This document shows positions 1 through 9,765 of a DNA stretch of 34,632 bases, one piece after another. The notes beneath the pieces are model-generated. The model was not told the DNA's origin. It saw only the letters and a program-made list of their open reading frames with translations, and made no database searches. Each line of letters opens with the position of its first letter. Position 1 is the first letter of the stretch. The translations under genes were made by a program, and so were the position numbers. Origin of the DNA: Methanobacteriota archaeon (GTDB taxonomy: Archaea; Thermoplasmatota; Poseidoniia; Poseidoniales; Poseidoniaceae); contig JAAZUV010000002.1 in the NCBI GenBank assembly GCA_018623995.1, positions 1 through 34,632 of the forward strand, written 5' to 3'.

Positions 1-1
1 A

Positions 2-604
2 GATGAAACCGATGTGAACGTCACCATCGAAGGCAAGAGGGCGTGGGTTGAAGGCATCGTTGAGGAACTTGGCCTTTCTGAAGTTGGTGTAATGCTGCCA
101 ATCGGCGTACAATCACCGCTCCAAGATACGCCATCACAAACCGATGAAGATTCCGAAGATGATGATGCGCTACTCCCACCGAGCGACATGGGGCCTGAAC
201 CAGACCCAAGCCGCATTCCCGTTGTACGGCGCCCGATTGGAGCGCTCAATGTTGACCTCGAAATCGAGAAGATTGGGCTCGAACCTCCAAGTGCTAACGA
301 TGTGTTTGAGCTCATGGATGCTTTTGCTGATCTTGACGAACCTCGTCCAATTCAAGGCGAGATGAGCGTCGATCCAATGGCTGAGGCATGGTTGAAGGAA
401 CTGATGCGACTTATCGTTCGAGAAGGTGGCCGAACTGCCTTAGCAACCGAAACAATCGAAGAAGTTGCAAGTGCAAAATTGGGCGGTCGAACTGGGGTCG
501 AACTCAGCGTTTGGTTGGAATCTCTGTTTGCAGCCGGAAAACTTGTCAAAATTCATGGTGGCGATGCCACCGGTTGGGGCCCCTCGCCAAGATGGCTTGG
601 CTGA
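2..604 (+). CDS. Hypothetical protein, 5'-truncated; acidic linker followed by a possible C-terminal winged-helix-like domain
   Basis: Frame is open from position 2 to TGA at 602-604. D/E/P-rich linker, then a helical segment and 'LFAAGKLVKIHGG...GWGP' resembling a wHTH wing. No family recognised. Confidence 0.7.
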   Translation, partial: DETDVNVTIEGKRAWVEGIVEELGLSEVGVMLPIGVQSPLQDTPSQTDEDSEDDDALLPPSDMGPEPDPSRIPVVRRPIGALNVDLEIEKIGLEPPSANDVFELMDAFADLDEPRPIQGEMSVDPMAEAWLKELMRLIVREGGRTALATETIEEVASAKLGGRTGVELSVWLESLFAAGKLVKIHGGDATGWGPSPRWLG

Positions 605-661
605 GTTACAATCGGGCCGCAAGAACGCACATTTGCCTTGCGTAGGGCGAAGCGTAGCATC

Positions 662-674
662 AAAGGGGTTATAG
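662..674 (+). promoter_or_regulatory. Putative archaeal BRE/TATA promoter of the giant surface protein gene
   Basis: AAAGGGGTTATAG, with TTATA starting 39 nt before ATG 708. A near-identical AAAGGGGTTAATG lies on the minus strand about 41 nt before the endonuclease IV start. Confidence 0.5.
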
Positions 675-707
675 TGGAAGTATGGTTGGCTAAGTTGAGT
701 GATATTG

Positions 708-3700
708 ATGCAAACAGAGACAAACAAAATCGGGGCAAAACTTCGAAGCGTATTTCTTGTACTCATAATGGTTCTATCGACAACGGCTGCCTTTGCAACC
801 AACGCAAGCGCATCCGCTGCACGGAATTATACTACCAACCGTGACCCAATTGACATCGGTATTGCCGATTTCAACTGTGATGGCCACAACGATATGGCCG
901 TTGCTACCGACGGTACACACACCATTACGATCCTCTTGAACGATGGTACTGGTGACTTCACAGAGCGCTACGACGTTTGGGTCTCCAAGAACACTTCTCG
1001 AAACGCCGAGTGGGATGAGTTCTCCAACGTCCAGTTCCTCGAAGTCGGAGAGTTCAATGGTGACAGCGCACCAGATATCGCCATCTTCCAGCGGAACAAC
1101 CCATTCAAGACAGACGACAACGGCGCACCTGCTGGTGAACCAGGAAACCTGACCATTCTCGAGAACGATGGCTGCAACAGCGACTCGTTCACCATCGGTC
1201 AGCGATACACCCACTTCTGGGCATGGGATCTCGCCGTGGGAGACATCAACCAAGATGGCAACGATGACGTCATCATTCTCGATCTCTTGAACGACATCTC
1301 CAACCAGCGTGTCGTCACCTACATGGGCCCAATCGGTGCAAGCACTACGCCAATGGTTACAGCATTAGGGACTGCAAATACCAACTCCTATCGAAGTCTC
1401 GAAATCGGTGATTGGGGCGAGTCCCAACAAGGCCTCACCGGACAATGTTACGACGAGGATATCTGGCTCTTGCGCAGTGAAGGAGTTGACTATGCAACCG
1501 GTCAAACAACCAACCCTGGTAACGATGACAACGTGACCATCATCGAATTCAACTGTCAAACCAATCTGTTCCCAGCAACGTACACCTTCTCGACATCCAC
1601 TCAAGCAGGATCCCATGTCGTCAACATGGCCAACATCTTCGGTGCCTTTGACATCGGTGATATGGACAACGATGGAACCATCGATACCATCGCTATGACA
1701 CAAGGTAACCTCGAGAACATCACCTTCTCGACCTCCTCCGCTGTCGGTACCTGGTCAAGCCCTACCTTGGCATACTTCGGCCCATACATCTCTTACGACG
1801 TTACTGTGGCCGATATCAACGGGGACGGTGAACCAGATTTCGTCAACCCAACCGTTGCATACCAACAAAACACCTCGGACTCCGCTGGTGGTTCAACCTC
1901 TTCCTTCTGGCTCAACTTCCCAACAACCGTTCAAGTAACGCTCTCTGACGGGTCCGGTGGACACGTAACGCCACTCTCCTATGAGGCTGGACGTCGTCCA
2001 AACATTGCCGTGGTTGGACAACTCGCTGGTGCATCAACTTCTGCACCAGACATCGTTGTCGGACACGCGTCCTACAACTTCGGAAACTGGGTTGATAACC
2101 TAGGTTGGGATGCTCAATACGACTATCTTACTGTTGTTGAGATGGACAGCAAAGACATCGCTGTAACCGGCATCGAGATCAATCCAGTCGATCGGTTCTT
2201 TGGTATCGTTGGTGAAGGAAACCGAGACATTAACGTCACGATCACCAACACTGGAATGGACACGCTCACACAAAACGCAAACCTCGATGTCGTTCTCCAA
2301 GTCGTTGACGAAGCGAACTCTTCCAACTCGACGGTGTTTAGCCATGATTTCGACACGCCTGCCGATGCGACAGGATGTGGCGGCGGTTGTACCTGGGCGT
2401 TCAACGAATACGTCGACCAATCCTCAAACTGGATTCTTGAAACCAATCACTCTGTTGGTGGTAGCGACGGAAACAATGCACCAAACGTGTCTGCGAACTA
2501 TCAAAACCCAACCGACTTCATGTGGGCAGGGGAATACAAGACCAACAGCAGTGGCGACGAATGGTCAGGATACGGCCGTCACTGGGACGATGCACTTACA
2601 CTCGAGGACGTTGACTTGACGGGCTCTGACCGTGCTTTCCTCAGCGTCGAGTTGTTCCGACACCTTGGTTACGGTGCTCTCGGGTCTGTTGATGCAACCA
2701 CTGGACAGTGGCTCATCGGTGACCTTTGGGACGATGTTGCCATGATCGAAGTTGGCTCGGCTGAGACTGGATGGTCGACCATCGCCTGTCCAACATCTGC
2801 TCAGGTTGCAGGAGAGTGTCTCTCTGGGTCCTCCATCTGGGGTGGCTATGACAACGACCGTGCCTTCAAGATCAACGGCTATGGCGGTGTTGCAGAAGGA
2901 CGCTACTATTACGGTGTCTTCAGCTCAGGTACCTACTACGGATGGAGCAACTTTACCCAGGAAGGCGTTGGTGAGTTCGACCTGTCTCCATGGGCTGGTG
3001 AAACCGTTGACATCCGATTCCGTCTCCGCTCAGGATTCGAAGGATCGATTGCTGATGACAACGAATCTCTCTGGTCCGGTCGAGATGGATATGCCATTGA
3101 CAACATCACCATCTACAAGCAAAACACTGCTTACTTCCCGAACCCACAAACACTTCAACAACCACTCGCGTTGACCAATCTAGGACCGGGTGAGGAAGAA
3201 ACTGCCTCGATTTCAGCCAACCTCCTCAACGATACGATTTATCGAATCTCAGCGACCCTCAGCAACCATGCATGGGACGAGCAAAGTGTGAACGACGAGA
3301 TCATCGGTTACATCCAACCGTTCAATCTCTATGACCCGACAGTTGAAGGTATCGATTACTTCAATCCTGGTGGCCTGTATGCTGAAGGCATGTTCGATAT
3401 CGATGTCATTACCAACAACTGGGGTAACACCATGGTGGACTACGATATCAAGGCAACCGTCTTCTCTGCAACGCCTTCCGACGTTCTCTGCAGCGCACCT
3501 GCAGTCATCTGTAAGGAATCCTTCGAAGGTGGTGCCAACGGATACGTCTACAGTGACGATGGCAACCCACAAGGTGCCATCTACAACGAAGCGACCTGTA
3601 ACGATCTCATTTTCAATAACAACGCCTACTGGTTCGGTCACCCATGTGACACAGCAACGCAAGGATACGGCGACTTGTGGGAGAACGAGACGCTCACCAT

Positions 3701-6700
3701 CCCTGGTGTTGATTTGACCAGCATGTCCGGTGATTTCGTTTCACTGAACTTCGAGTACTATGCAGATACCTTCTACGGTATCGATGTCGACGGAACATCC
3801 ATTGTCGATGTCAACGACTATGCTTCCATCAACGTCGATTTCACCAAGGGTAGCGACACATACTCAGGTGTTCTCCTCGGACAATGGAACGACTACGACG
3901 AAGACGGAACCTGCCGCAACGACGACAACGGTGACGGATTCACGAACTCAAGTGAATCCATCAACCAAGCAGAGATTTCCTTCATCGGCGACTCTGCCAG
4001 CACGGACGGATCTGCCGGCAATTACAACGTCTTCTTCAACACAGACGATCTGGTTTTGAGCCGAAGCATCGACTTGACGCATCTGTACGTCCTCAACAAC
4101 ACCGCTGCAGACAGCTTGCAGTGGTTCCGTGAGTGCATTTCCCTCGCAGGCTCGACCGTTGACATCAACTTCGAGTTCCAGAGCGACGGAGACGGCCGCA
4201 ACGGTATCAACGACGGTTTCAAGGGTGTAGCCTTCAACAACATCACATTACAGGAATTCACATTCTACGAGGATGCTTCCTACACCGTTTCCCGAACCAA
4301 CGTTGATGCAGAAGACGTTGCAACAACCACCGTTGCCAACCACGAGTTCTTCTCCGGTGTCTACATGATTCGTGCAGAGACGATCTTCGACAACACCACC
4401 GCTGGTGTACCATGGTTTGGCGACAATGAACTGAGCAACTCCAACAACATCGAGCAAGTGATCTTCAACGTTGAATCGGTTGACATCACGCTCGGTAAGC
4501 CAAGTACACTTGCGTGCTTGGATGATGGTGTCTACGCTTGTGTTCTCCCAATCGATGGAAGTTTGACACACAACTGGGACCTCAAGGCAACCAACGGTGT
4601 GTTGGCTGGTGATTACATGTTCTACATGACCGTCTTTGACGAGACCGATGGAACACAAGCCTACCAGGCTTCTTCTGCTCCAACGACCACAACACTCGCA
4701 TCCAACGAGCGCATTGACTTGACGTTCCCTGCGTACAACGGTTGGATGGATGGCCACACCTACAACGTCAGTTTCCACGCTGAACTTGCCAACGGAAACC
4801 CAAGCGGTAACGTTCGCTACTTCCATGCAACCTTTGCTGACCAAATCGATGTTGCCATCCTTGGTGATTCAACCGCACGTACCTCGACCATCAAGCAGGA
4901 TCTCCAACTCTTGGGCATGTCCTACACACAGTACGGCATCAACGATTGGACCACCTATCTTGACTCTGGATGGATGACCCACTACGACAAGATTCTCTTG
5001 CCATGGCAAGAAGACATCGCTGCAAAGGACGTTGAAAGCGGTGGCCGTGGTTACTACCAGAAGCTCGGATCAACTGCCAACCGACAAACGCTCGAATCGT
5101 TCATGTCTGCTGGAGGTACCGTACAGGCTCACCTTGGTCCTCAAGGAAGCCAAATCTACGGTCTTGACGTTGGATTGAACGGACGACTACCGTTTGGTAT
5201 GGATGTCCAAAGTCGAAACACACCTGAGACCAAGATTCTCTACACAGGTCTCGACATTGCGGACCCATTCCACCCAATCATGGACGATGTGTCCACGACC
5301 GCCTTCCAAGGCTTCGAGGGTGATGGAACTGTTGCAACAGCCGTTCTCAACACAAACTCTGTTAGCACGCAAAACGTTCCAGGTGTCTGTAACGGATACA
5401 TGGAGGATGGAGGCTTCTTCCAGAGTTTGTTGCGAACCGATGCGAACAGCAAGGACGTCATCATGGGAACATGCAGTTACTACCAAGGTGGAATGATTGT
5501 TTCCACCATTGACGTATCGACCTACTCGTCTCGAGCAGACAGCACAACCTTCCCACTTCTCGGAAACATGCTGTCCTACTCCGTCACGCCTTACCCAGAA
5601 GGATTCGGTGCTATGGGCCAAGATCTCGGACTGACCATTGATGGTGAAATGCCAGGCATTGATCCATCAACCGGTGGCTATGCTACACACTACATGAAGA
5701 GCGATGCGACCGTCAACTTCGGTTACACAACAGCTACCTCAGCAACGCTCACAGCCGATTGGATCCTTGACGGACCAACCGACTGGATGGGCCAAACCAT
5801 GGCAAGCGGAACCGACCACATTTCGGAAGCCTCTCCATCTGCGACCTTCTGTAAGACCGACTTGTCGTCTGCAACAGGATGTCTCCAAGGTGCCACATGG
5901 ACCGTCACTCTGCTTCTGCACGATGAAGCAGGTCACGCTCGAATCATCACCGTCGATGTCGAAACCAACGACGTCCTCGCTGACGCATTCGCACCTGAAG
6001 CAAACATGAGCATCGACATGCGTGATGAATACGCAGACAACATCGAGTACATCGGAACAAAGACAGTTTCCAGCACAGAATGGGACGTCAACCGTGTGAT
6101 TCTCTCCGAAGCTGGTGAACTTGTTCTCCACTTCGATGCGAGTGAATCGTTCGATGCAGATGCCATCGATGGAACCAACGGAATTGTTACCTACGAATGG
6201 AAGGTCTTCTTCGACGCTCCGTACGGTGACACCTCGTTCAACTTGGAAGGACACACGTTCGAAGAATCCGCCGCAAGCAACGGTCTCTTCTCGTACAAGT
6301 TCCAAAACGTCACCGTTGACGATTCAGGAACAGCAGAATCGCAGATTCGTATGGAACTTCGTGTGTACGATGCATCCGGTAAGTTCTCGGACAAGTTCCG
6401 TATGTACTTCGTTGTCGTACCTGAAGGATATGGGGACGAAATCCCAGTCGTTCAATACGACAACTTCGACAACGCCTCCGTGGGCTTCACCTCCGAATCT
6501 GAATTCACCATCACAGGAACCATCCTCTCCGGATCGGAAACAGGTGAGGTCTACGTTGAAGCAGCCTTCAATGAGGATGATTTCTCTGCCTCGGCAATTG
6601 AGAAGTACAACCTCATTACGGACAAGCGATTTGACCGCAGCGACGCTCTATCAGACTCCGACACGTTCGAACTGTCGCTCTTTATCGGCGACCGATACAG

Positions 6701-7376
6701 AAACACAAGCGAAGTTGTGGAAATCTGGGTCCGAGTGTACGAAGGTGACGACGAGCGTTGGTCAGATGAACTCACAAAGAGCGTCATTGTCAAACTGAAC
6801 ATTTGTCAAGGCATTCTCGCAAATGAATCTGCCAGCATTGCTGACGGAGCAGATTCCTTCGTCTGGAATTCAACTACCATGCGCTGTGACTGGATTGGTT
6901 CTTGGTCCTATGATCACGAAACCGGCGTTTGGACAGCGCCAACGACCGATCAACAAGGCACCGAAGATGCAGAGGAAAGCAGCATGATGCTCATTATTGG
7001 TATCATTGCGACTGTTCTTGTCCTTCTGCTTGTATCTGCCTTCTTCCTCCGTGGTGGAAGCGGTGACAAGGTCGACAACCTCAGTGCCGCTGCCGCAGGC
7101 TATGGTCAAGAGATGGATATGACGGAACAATACGTCCAGCAATTGATCGCTCAAGGCTACCCAGAAGAAACCGCACGGGCCTATGCAGCTCAATATGTGG
7201 GTCAATCTGCAGCAGCTGCAGCGCCAGCCGCTGCCGCACCTGCAGCTGCAAGCAACGATTTGTACACGCAGTACTACAACCAGTACTTCCAGCAATTCGT
7301 AGCCCAGGGTTACGATGAGGCGACGGCTGCGCAATATGCACAGCAGTATGCCGCACAAGCCCAACAGCAGCAATAG
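708..7376 (+). CDS. Giant membrane-anchored surface protein: FG-GAP/VCBS beta-propeller, Ig/CARDB-like and jelly-roll modules, PKD-like domain, C-terminal TM and Q/A/Y-rich tail
   Basis: About 2,222 aa (ATG 708; GTG 699 possible). N-terminal signal peptide. About seven Ca-binding FG-GAP-like repeats (ADFNCDGHND, GEFNGDSAPD, GDINQDGNDD, GDMDNDGTID, ADINGDGEPD and two degenerate). Two 'DLSxWAGxTVxIRF...IDNI'-type jelly-roll modules. PKD-like 'FDASESFDAD...IVTYEW'. TM helix at about 6984-7050. Confidence 0.88.
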   Translation: MQTETNKIGAKLRSVFLVLIMVLSTTAAFATNASASAARNYTTNRDPIDIGIADFNCDGHNDMAVATDGTHTITILLNDGTGDFTERYDVWVSKNTSRNAEWDEFSNVQFLEVGEFNGDSAPDIAIFQRNNPFKTDDNGAPAGEPGNLTILENDGCNSDSFTIGQRYTHFWAWDLAVGDINQDGNDDVIILDLLNDISNQRVVTYMGPIGASTTPMVTALGTANTNSYRSLEIGDWGESQQGLTGQCYDEDIWLLRSEGVDYATGQTTNPGNDDNVTIIEFNCQTNLFPATYTFSTSTQAGSHVVNMANIFGAFDIGDMDNDGTIDTIAMTQGNLENITFSTSSAVGTWSSPTLAYFGPYISYDVTVADINGDGEPDFVNPTVAYQQNTSDSAGGSTSSFWLNFPTTVQVTLSDGSGGHVTPLSYEAGRRPNIAVVGQLAGASTSAPDIVVGHASYNFGNWVDNLGWDAQYDYLTVVEMDSKDIAVTGIEINPVDRFFGIVGEGNRDINVTITNTGMDTLTQNANLDVVLQVVDEANSSNSTVFSHDFDTPADATGCGGGCTWAFNEYVDQSSNWILETNHSVGGSDGNNAPNVSANYQNPTDFMWAGEYKTNSSGDEWSGYGRHWDDALTLEDVDLTGSDRAFLSVELFRHLGYGALGSVDATTGQWLIGDLWDDVAMIEVGSAETGWSTIACPTSAQVAGECLSGSSIWGGYDNDRAFKINGYGGVAEGRYYYGVFSSGTYYGWSNFTQEGVGEFDLSPWAGETVDIRFRLRSGFEGSIADDNESLWSGRDGYAIDNITIYKQNTAYFPNPQTLQQPLALTNLGPGEEETASISANLLNDTIYRISATLSNHAWDEQSVNDEIIGYIQPFNLYDPTVEGIDYFNPGGLYAEGMFDIDVITNNWGNTMVDYDIKATVFSATPSDVLCSAPAVICKESFEGGANGYVYSDDGNPQGAIYNEATCNDLIFNNNAYWFGHPCDTATQGYGDLWENETLTIPGVDLTSMSGDFVSLNFEYYADTFYGIDVDGTSIVDVNDYASINVDFTKGSDTYSGVLLGQWNDYDEDGTCRNDDNGDGFTNSSESINQAEISFIGDSASTDGSAGNYNVFFNTDDLVLSRSIDLTHLYVLNNTAADSLQWFRECISLAGSTVDINFEFQSDGDGRNGINDGFKGVAFNNITLQEFTFYEDASYTVSRTNVDAEDVATTTVANHEFFSGVYMIRAETIFDNTTAGVPWFGDNELSNSNNIEQVIFNVESVDITLGKPSTLACLDDGVYACVLPIDGSLTHNWDLKATNGVLAGDYMFYMTVFDETDGTQAYQASSAPTTTTLASNERIDLTFPAYNGWMDGHTYNVSFHAELANGNPSGNVRYFHATFADQIDVAILGDSTARTSTIKQDLQLLGMSYTQYGINDWTTYLDSGWMTHYDKILLPWQEDIAAKDVESGGRGYYQKLGSTANRQTLESFMSAGGTVQAHLGPQGSQIYGLDVGLNGRLPFGMDVQSRNTPETKILYTGLDIADPFHPIMDDVSTTAFQGFEGDGTVATAVLNTNSVSTQNVPGVCNGYMEDGGFFQSLLRTDANSKDVIMGTCSYYQGGMIVSTIDVSTYSSRADSTTFPLLGNMLSYSVTPYPEGFGAMGQDLGLTIDGEMPGIDPSTGGYATHYMKSDATVNFGYTTATSATLTADWILDGPTDWMGQTMASGTDHISEASPSATFCKTDLSSATGCLQGATWTVTLLLHDEAGHARIITVDVETNDVLADAFAPEANMSIDMRDEYADNIEYIGTKTVSSTEWDVNRVILSEAGELVLHFDASESFDADAIDGTNGIVTYEWKVFFDAPYGDTSFNLEGHTFEESAASNGLFSYKFQNVTVDDSGTAESQIRMELRVYDASGKFSDKFRMYFVVVPEGYGDEIPVVQYDNFDNASVGFTSESEFTITGTILSGSETGEVYVEAAFNEDDFSASAIEKYNLITDKRFDRSDALSDSDTFELSLFIGDRYRNTSEVVEIWVRVYEGDDERWSDELTKSVIVKLNICQGILANESASIADGADSFVWNSTTMRCDWIGSWSYDHETGVWTAPTTDQQGTEDAEESSMMLIIGIIATVLVLLLVSAFFLRGGSGDKVDNLSAAAAGYGQEMDMTEQYVQQLIAQGYPEETARAYAAQYVGQSAAAAAPAAAAPAAASNDLYTQYYNQYFQQFVAQGYDEATAAQYAQQYAAQAQQQQ

Positions 7377-7436
7377 ATGCCAGTGGCCCCGTGGCCATGA
7401 AGATGGGTTGAAAAACCCAGAGTACTCGCAAGAGTC

Positions 7437-8711
7437 ATGGAAGGTTTGGATACGGGCGAAGGCTATGCAGTTCGCAACATTGGACTTGCAGATGAAGGAT
7501 CCCTGAGAGTCGATTGGGCTCGTTCCAGAATGCCGGTTCTGGCAGCACTACGAGAAGAAGCCGAGCGCACCAAACCACTGGCTGGTATGCGTGTAGCAGG
7601 TTGTTTGCACGTGACCAAAGAGACCGCTGTGCTGGTCGAAACCATCGCTGCTGCTGGTGCTGAACTTTCTTGGTCCGGTTGCAATCCTTTGTCAACACAA
7701 GACGATGTAGCAGCTTGGCTTGCCCGTGAAGGCTATTCTGTGTATGCTTGGCATGGTCAAAGCGTTGATGATTTCTATTGGTGCATTGACAAGACCCTGG
7801 AGTTCAAGCCAACACTCACGCTTGATGATGGAGCGGATTTGATCGTCCGTGTCCATGGTGAACGCTCTGAATATGCAGAAGGTGTTCTCGGTGGAACAGA
7901 GGAAACCACAACTGGTGTGCACCGACTTCGAGCAATGGCTGCTGCTGGTGACCTCAAGTATCCTGTCATCGCCGTCAACGATGCTGTAACCAAGTGGGAC
8001 TTTGACAACGTCTACGGTACTGGACAATCAACGCTCGATGGAATCTTGCGAGCAACATCTGTTCTTATCGCAGGGAAAACAATGGTGGTAGCAGGGTATG
8101 GTCACTGTGGAAAAGGTGTTGCCATGCGCGCCCGTGGTCTAGGAGCCAACGTTATCGTGACGGAAGTGGATCCACTCGCTGCACTACGAGCCGTTATGGA
8201 TGGTTACAAGGTCATGACCATGGACGATGCTGCACCATTGGGTGACATCTTCTGTACTGCGACCGGAATGAAAGACATCATTGTCGAGCGCCACTTTGCA
8301 ACGATGAAGGATGGAGCCATCGTATCCAACACTGGGCATTACGATTGCGAAATCGATGTCGTTGCACTCGAGAATCTCTCCACCTCCGTTCGAACCATTC
8401 GAAAGGATAACGAAGAATTCACGCTTGGGAATGGAAATAAAATCCATCTTCTTGCTCGAGGACGACTCGTGAACCTTGCAGCCGCTGAAGGCCATCCTTC
8501 TGAAGTCATGGATATGTCCTTCGCAAATCAATTTCTTTCGTTGTGCAGACTCGCTGCTGAAGCCAAGGATATGGATAACAACGTCTACGACATCACCATT
8601 GAACAAGACCAGAACTTAGCGACGACCAAACTCGAGACGATCGGTGTGAGCATTGATACACTAACAGATGATCAAATCGACTACAAAGACGATTATACTG
8701 CAGGAACCTGA
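7437..8711 (+). CDS. ahcY: Adenosylhomocysteinase (SAH hydrolase)
   Basis: Motifs GCLHVT, SGCNPLSTQD, LDDGAD, EETTTG, KWDFDNVYG, GYGHCGKG, GHYDCEID, GRLVNL...GHPSEVMDMSF. Confidence 0.98.
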   Translation: MEGLDTGEGYAVRNIGLADEGSLRVDWARSRMPVLAALREEAERTKPLAGMRVAGCLHVTKETAVLVETIAAAGAELSWSGCNPLSTQDDVAAWLAREGYSVYAWHGQSVDDFYWCIDKTLEFKPTLTLDDGADLIVRVHGERSEYAEGVLGGTEETTTGVHRLRAMAAAGDLKYPVIAVNDAVTKWDFDNVYGTGQSTLDGILRATSVLIAGKTMVVAGYGHCGKGVAMRARGLGANVIVTEVDPLAALRAVMDGYKVMTMDDAAPLGDIFCTATGMKDIIVERHFATMKDGAIVSNTGHYDCEIDVVALENLSTSVRTIRKDNEEFTLGNGNKIHLLARGRLVNLAAAEGHPSEVMDMSFANQFLSLCRLAAEAKDMDNNVYDITIEQDQNLATTKLETIGVSIDTLTDDQIDYKDDYTAGT

Positions 8712-8716
8712 GCTAC

Positions 8717-9754
8717 TTATTCCTCTTCAAATGAGGTGAGTTCCTCATCCTGCTCTTCTTCCCAGAATGGAGCCTCATCGGAGATGTGTGAAGAGAAATT
8801 AGGCAGCTTTGGTTTCCAATCACCCTTGAAGGTCTCTTTCGCATCCACAATTTTCAGCATTCGATCTTGGAATGCAGGCGGCCTTCTGCTAAGAATGAAC
8901 ATGAACAGTTTGGAAATTCGAATTTCTTCCGGTATGACGACATAGCCTGTTGCAGTTTCAAAATCCATAGCTCGTAACAGATTGAACGCAGGCCGGTTAA
9001 GTCGTTGGAACCATCGCCTTGAGATACGCATTCCGAAGATGACTGTTGTAAGGATGAGTAATGAGGTAAGACAGAAACCTCCGAACCCTGAGCCGAAAAA
9101 CTGTGGCGCCATGATGACTTCCAGCATGAGGATTGGTGTTGTTATGAGAAGGAATATTTTCGATTCACTGATCGGCGGTTTGTTCATTCGCATCTTGATG
9201 GCTTCCCAACCATCGTGATGTTTTTCCCACGGTTTGAAATGCTCAGAAGACGGCTGTTCACTTGCCAATTGACACATTTGATGCAATCGTGCAACGCGCG
9301 CATACTGTGTAGTAGCAAGATCCATGTTTTCATCAAAAATCGACTGCAACCGATCGCTTGCTTCACTGTACAGTCCCATATCTGCTAGAATAGCTGCTTG
9401 CTCAACAATCGGCGTGACCTCTTCTGGAGCATGATGACGTGCATCTTGCCACCATTGTAGCGCATCCATGTACAAACCAAGTTCATCGGAAAGCAATCGC
9501 CCTCCTCGAACCCACATAGCCAAATCATCCGGTTGGAGAGCAACCACCTTCTTCGCAGCAGAGAGTGAGGAAGCAGCTTGCTTCAAGGTTGGTTGCAATC
9601 GAGATCCTGGAAGACTCGCATCAGAAATGACTCTCCAAGCATCAGCATGTTCGGGGTCAATTTTGACCGCCTTTCGAGCATGCGTGAGCGCTTCTTCACG
9701 GTTTTCAGCGTCAAGGGCTTCAAGCGCATCCAAGTAATGGGCTTCTGCTGTCAC
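8717..9754 (-). CDS. TPR-repeat membrane protein
   Basis: N-terminal TPR-like helices (ARKAVKIDPEHADAW, VVALQPDDLAMW), two hydrophobic TM segments and an acidic C-terminus. GAGGTGA Shine-Dalgarno before the GTG start. Confidence 0.8.
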   Translation of the reverse strand: MTAEAHYLDALEALDAENREEALTHARKAVKIDPEHADAWRVISDASLPGSRLQPTLKQAASSLSAAKKVVALQPDDLAMWVRGGRLLSDELGLYMDALQWWQDARHHAPEEVTPIVEQAAILADMGLYSEASDRLQSIFDENMDLATTQYARVARLHQMCQLASEQPSSEHFKPWEKHHDGWEAIKMRMNKPPISESKIFLLITTPILMLEVIMAPQFFGSGFGGFCLTSLLILTTVIFGMRISRRWFQRLNRPAFNLLRAMDFETATGYVVIPEEIRISKLFMFILSRRPPAFQDRMLKIVDAKETFKGDWKPKLPNFSSHISDEAPFWEEEQDEELTSFEEE

Positions 9755-9765
9755 GTCCGTTCACC

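Noticed and set aside
625..655. Hairpin ACGC..TTTGCCTT-GCGT-AGGGCGAA-GCGT upstream of the giant gene
   Set aside because: Needs G-U pairs and a bulge and has no U-tract. It could arise by chance.
774..6798. Numerous 60-230 aa antisense and off-frame ORFs inside the giant gene
   Set aside because: Expected by-product of biased codon usage in the real gene. No motifs.
7377..7436. Canonical SAH or SAM riboswitch before ahcY
   Set aside because: No recognisable consensus and very little space. Kept only as an unexplained hairpin cluster.
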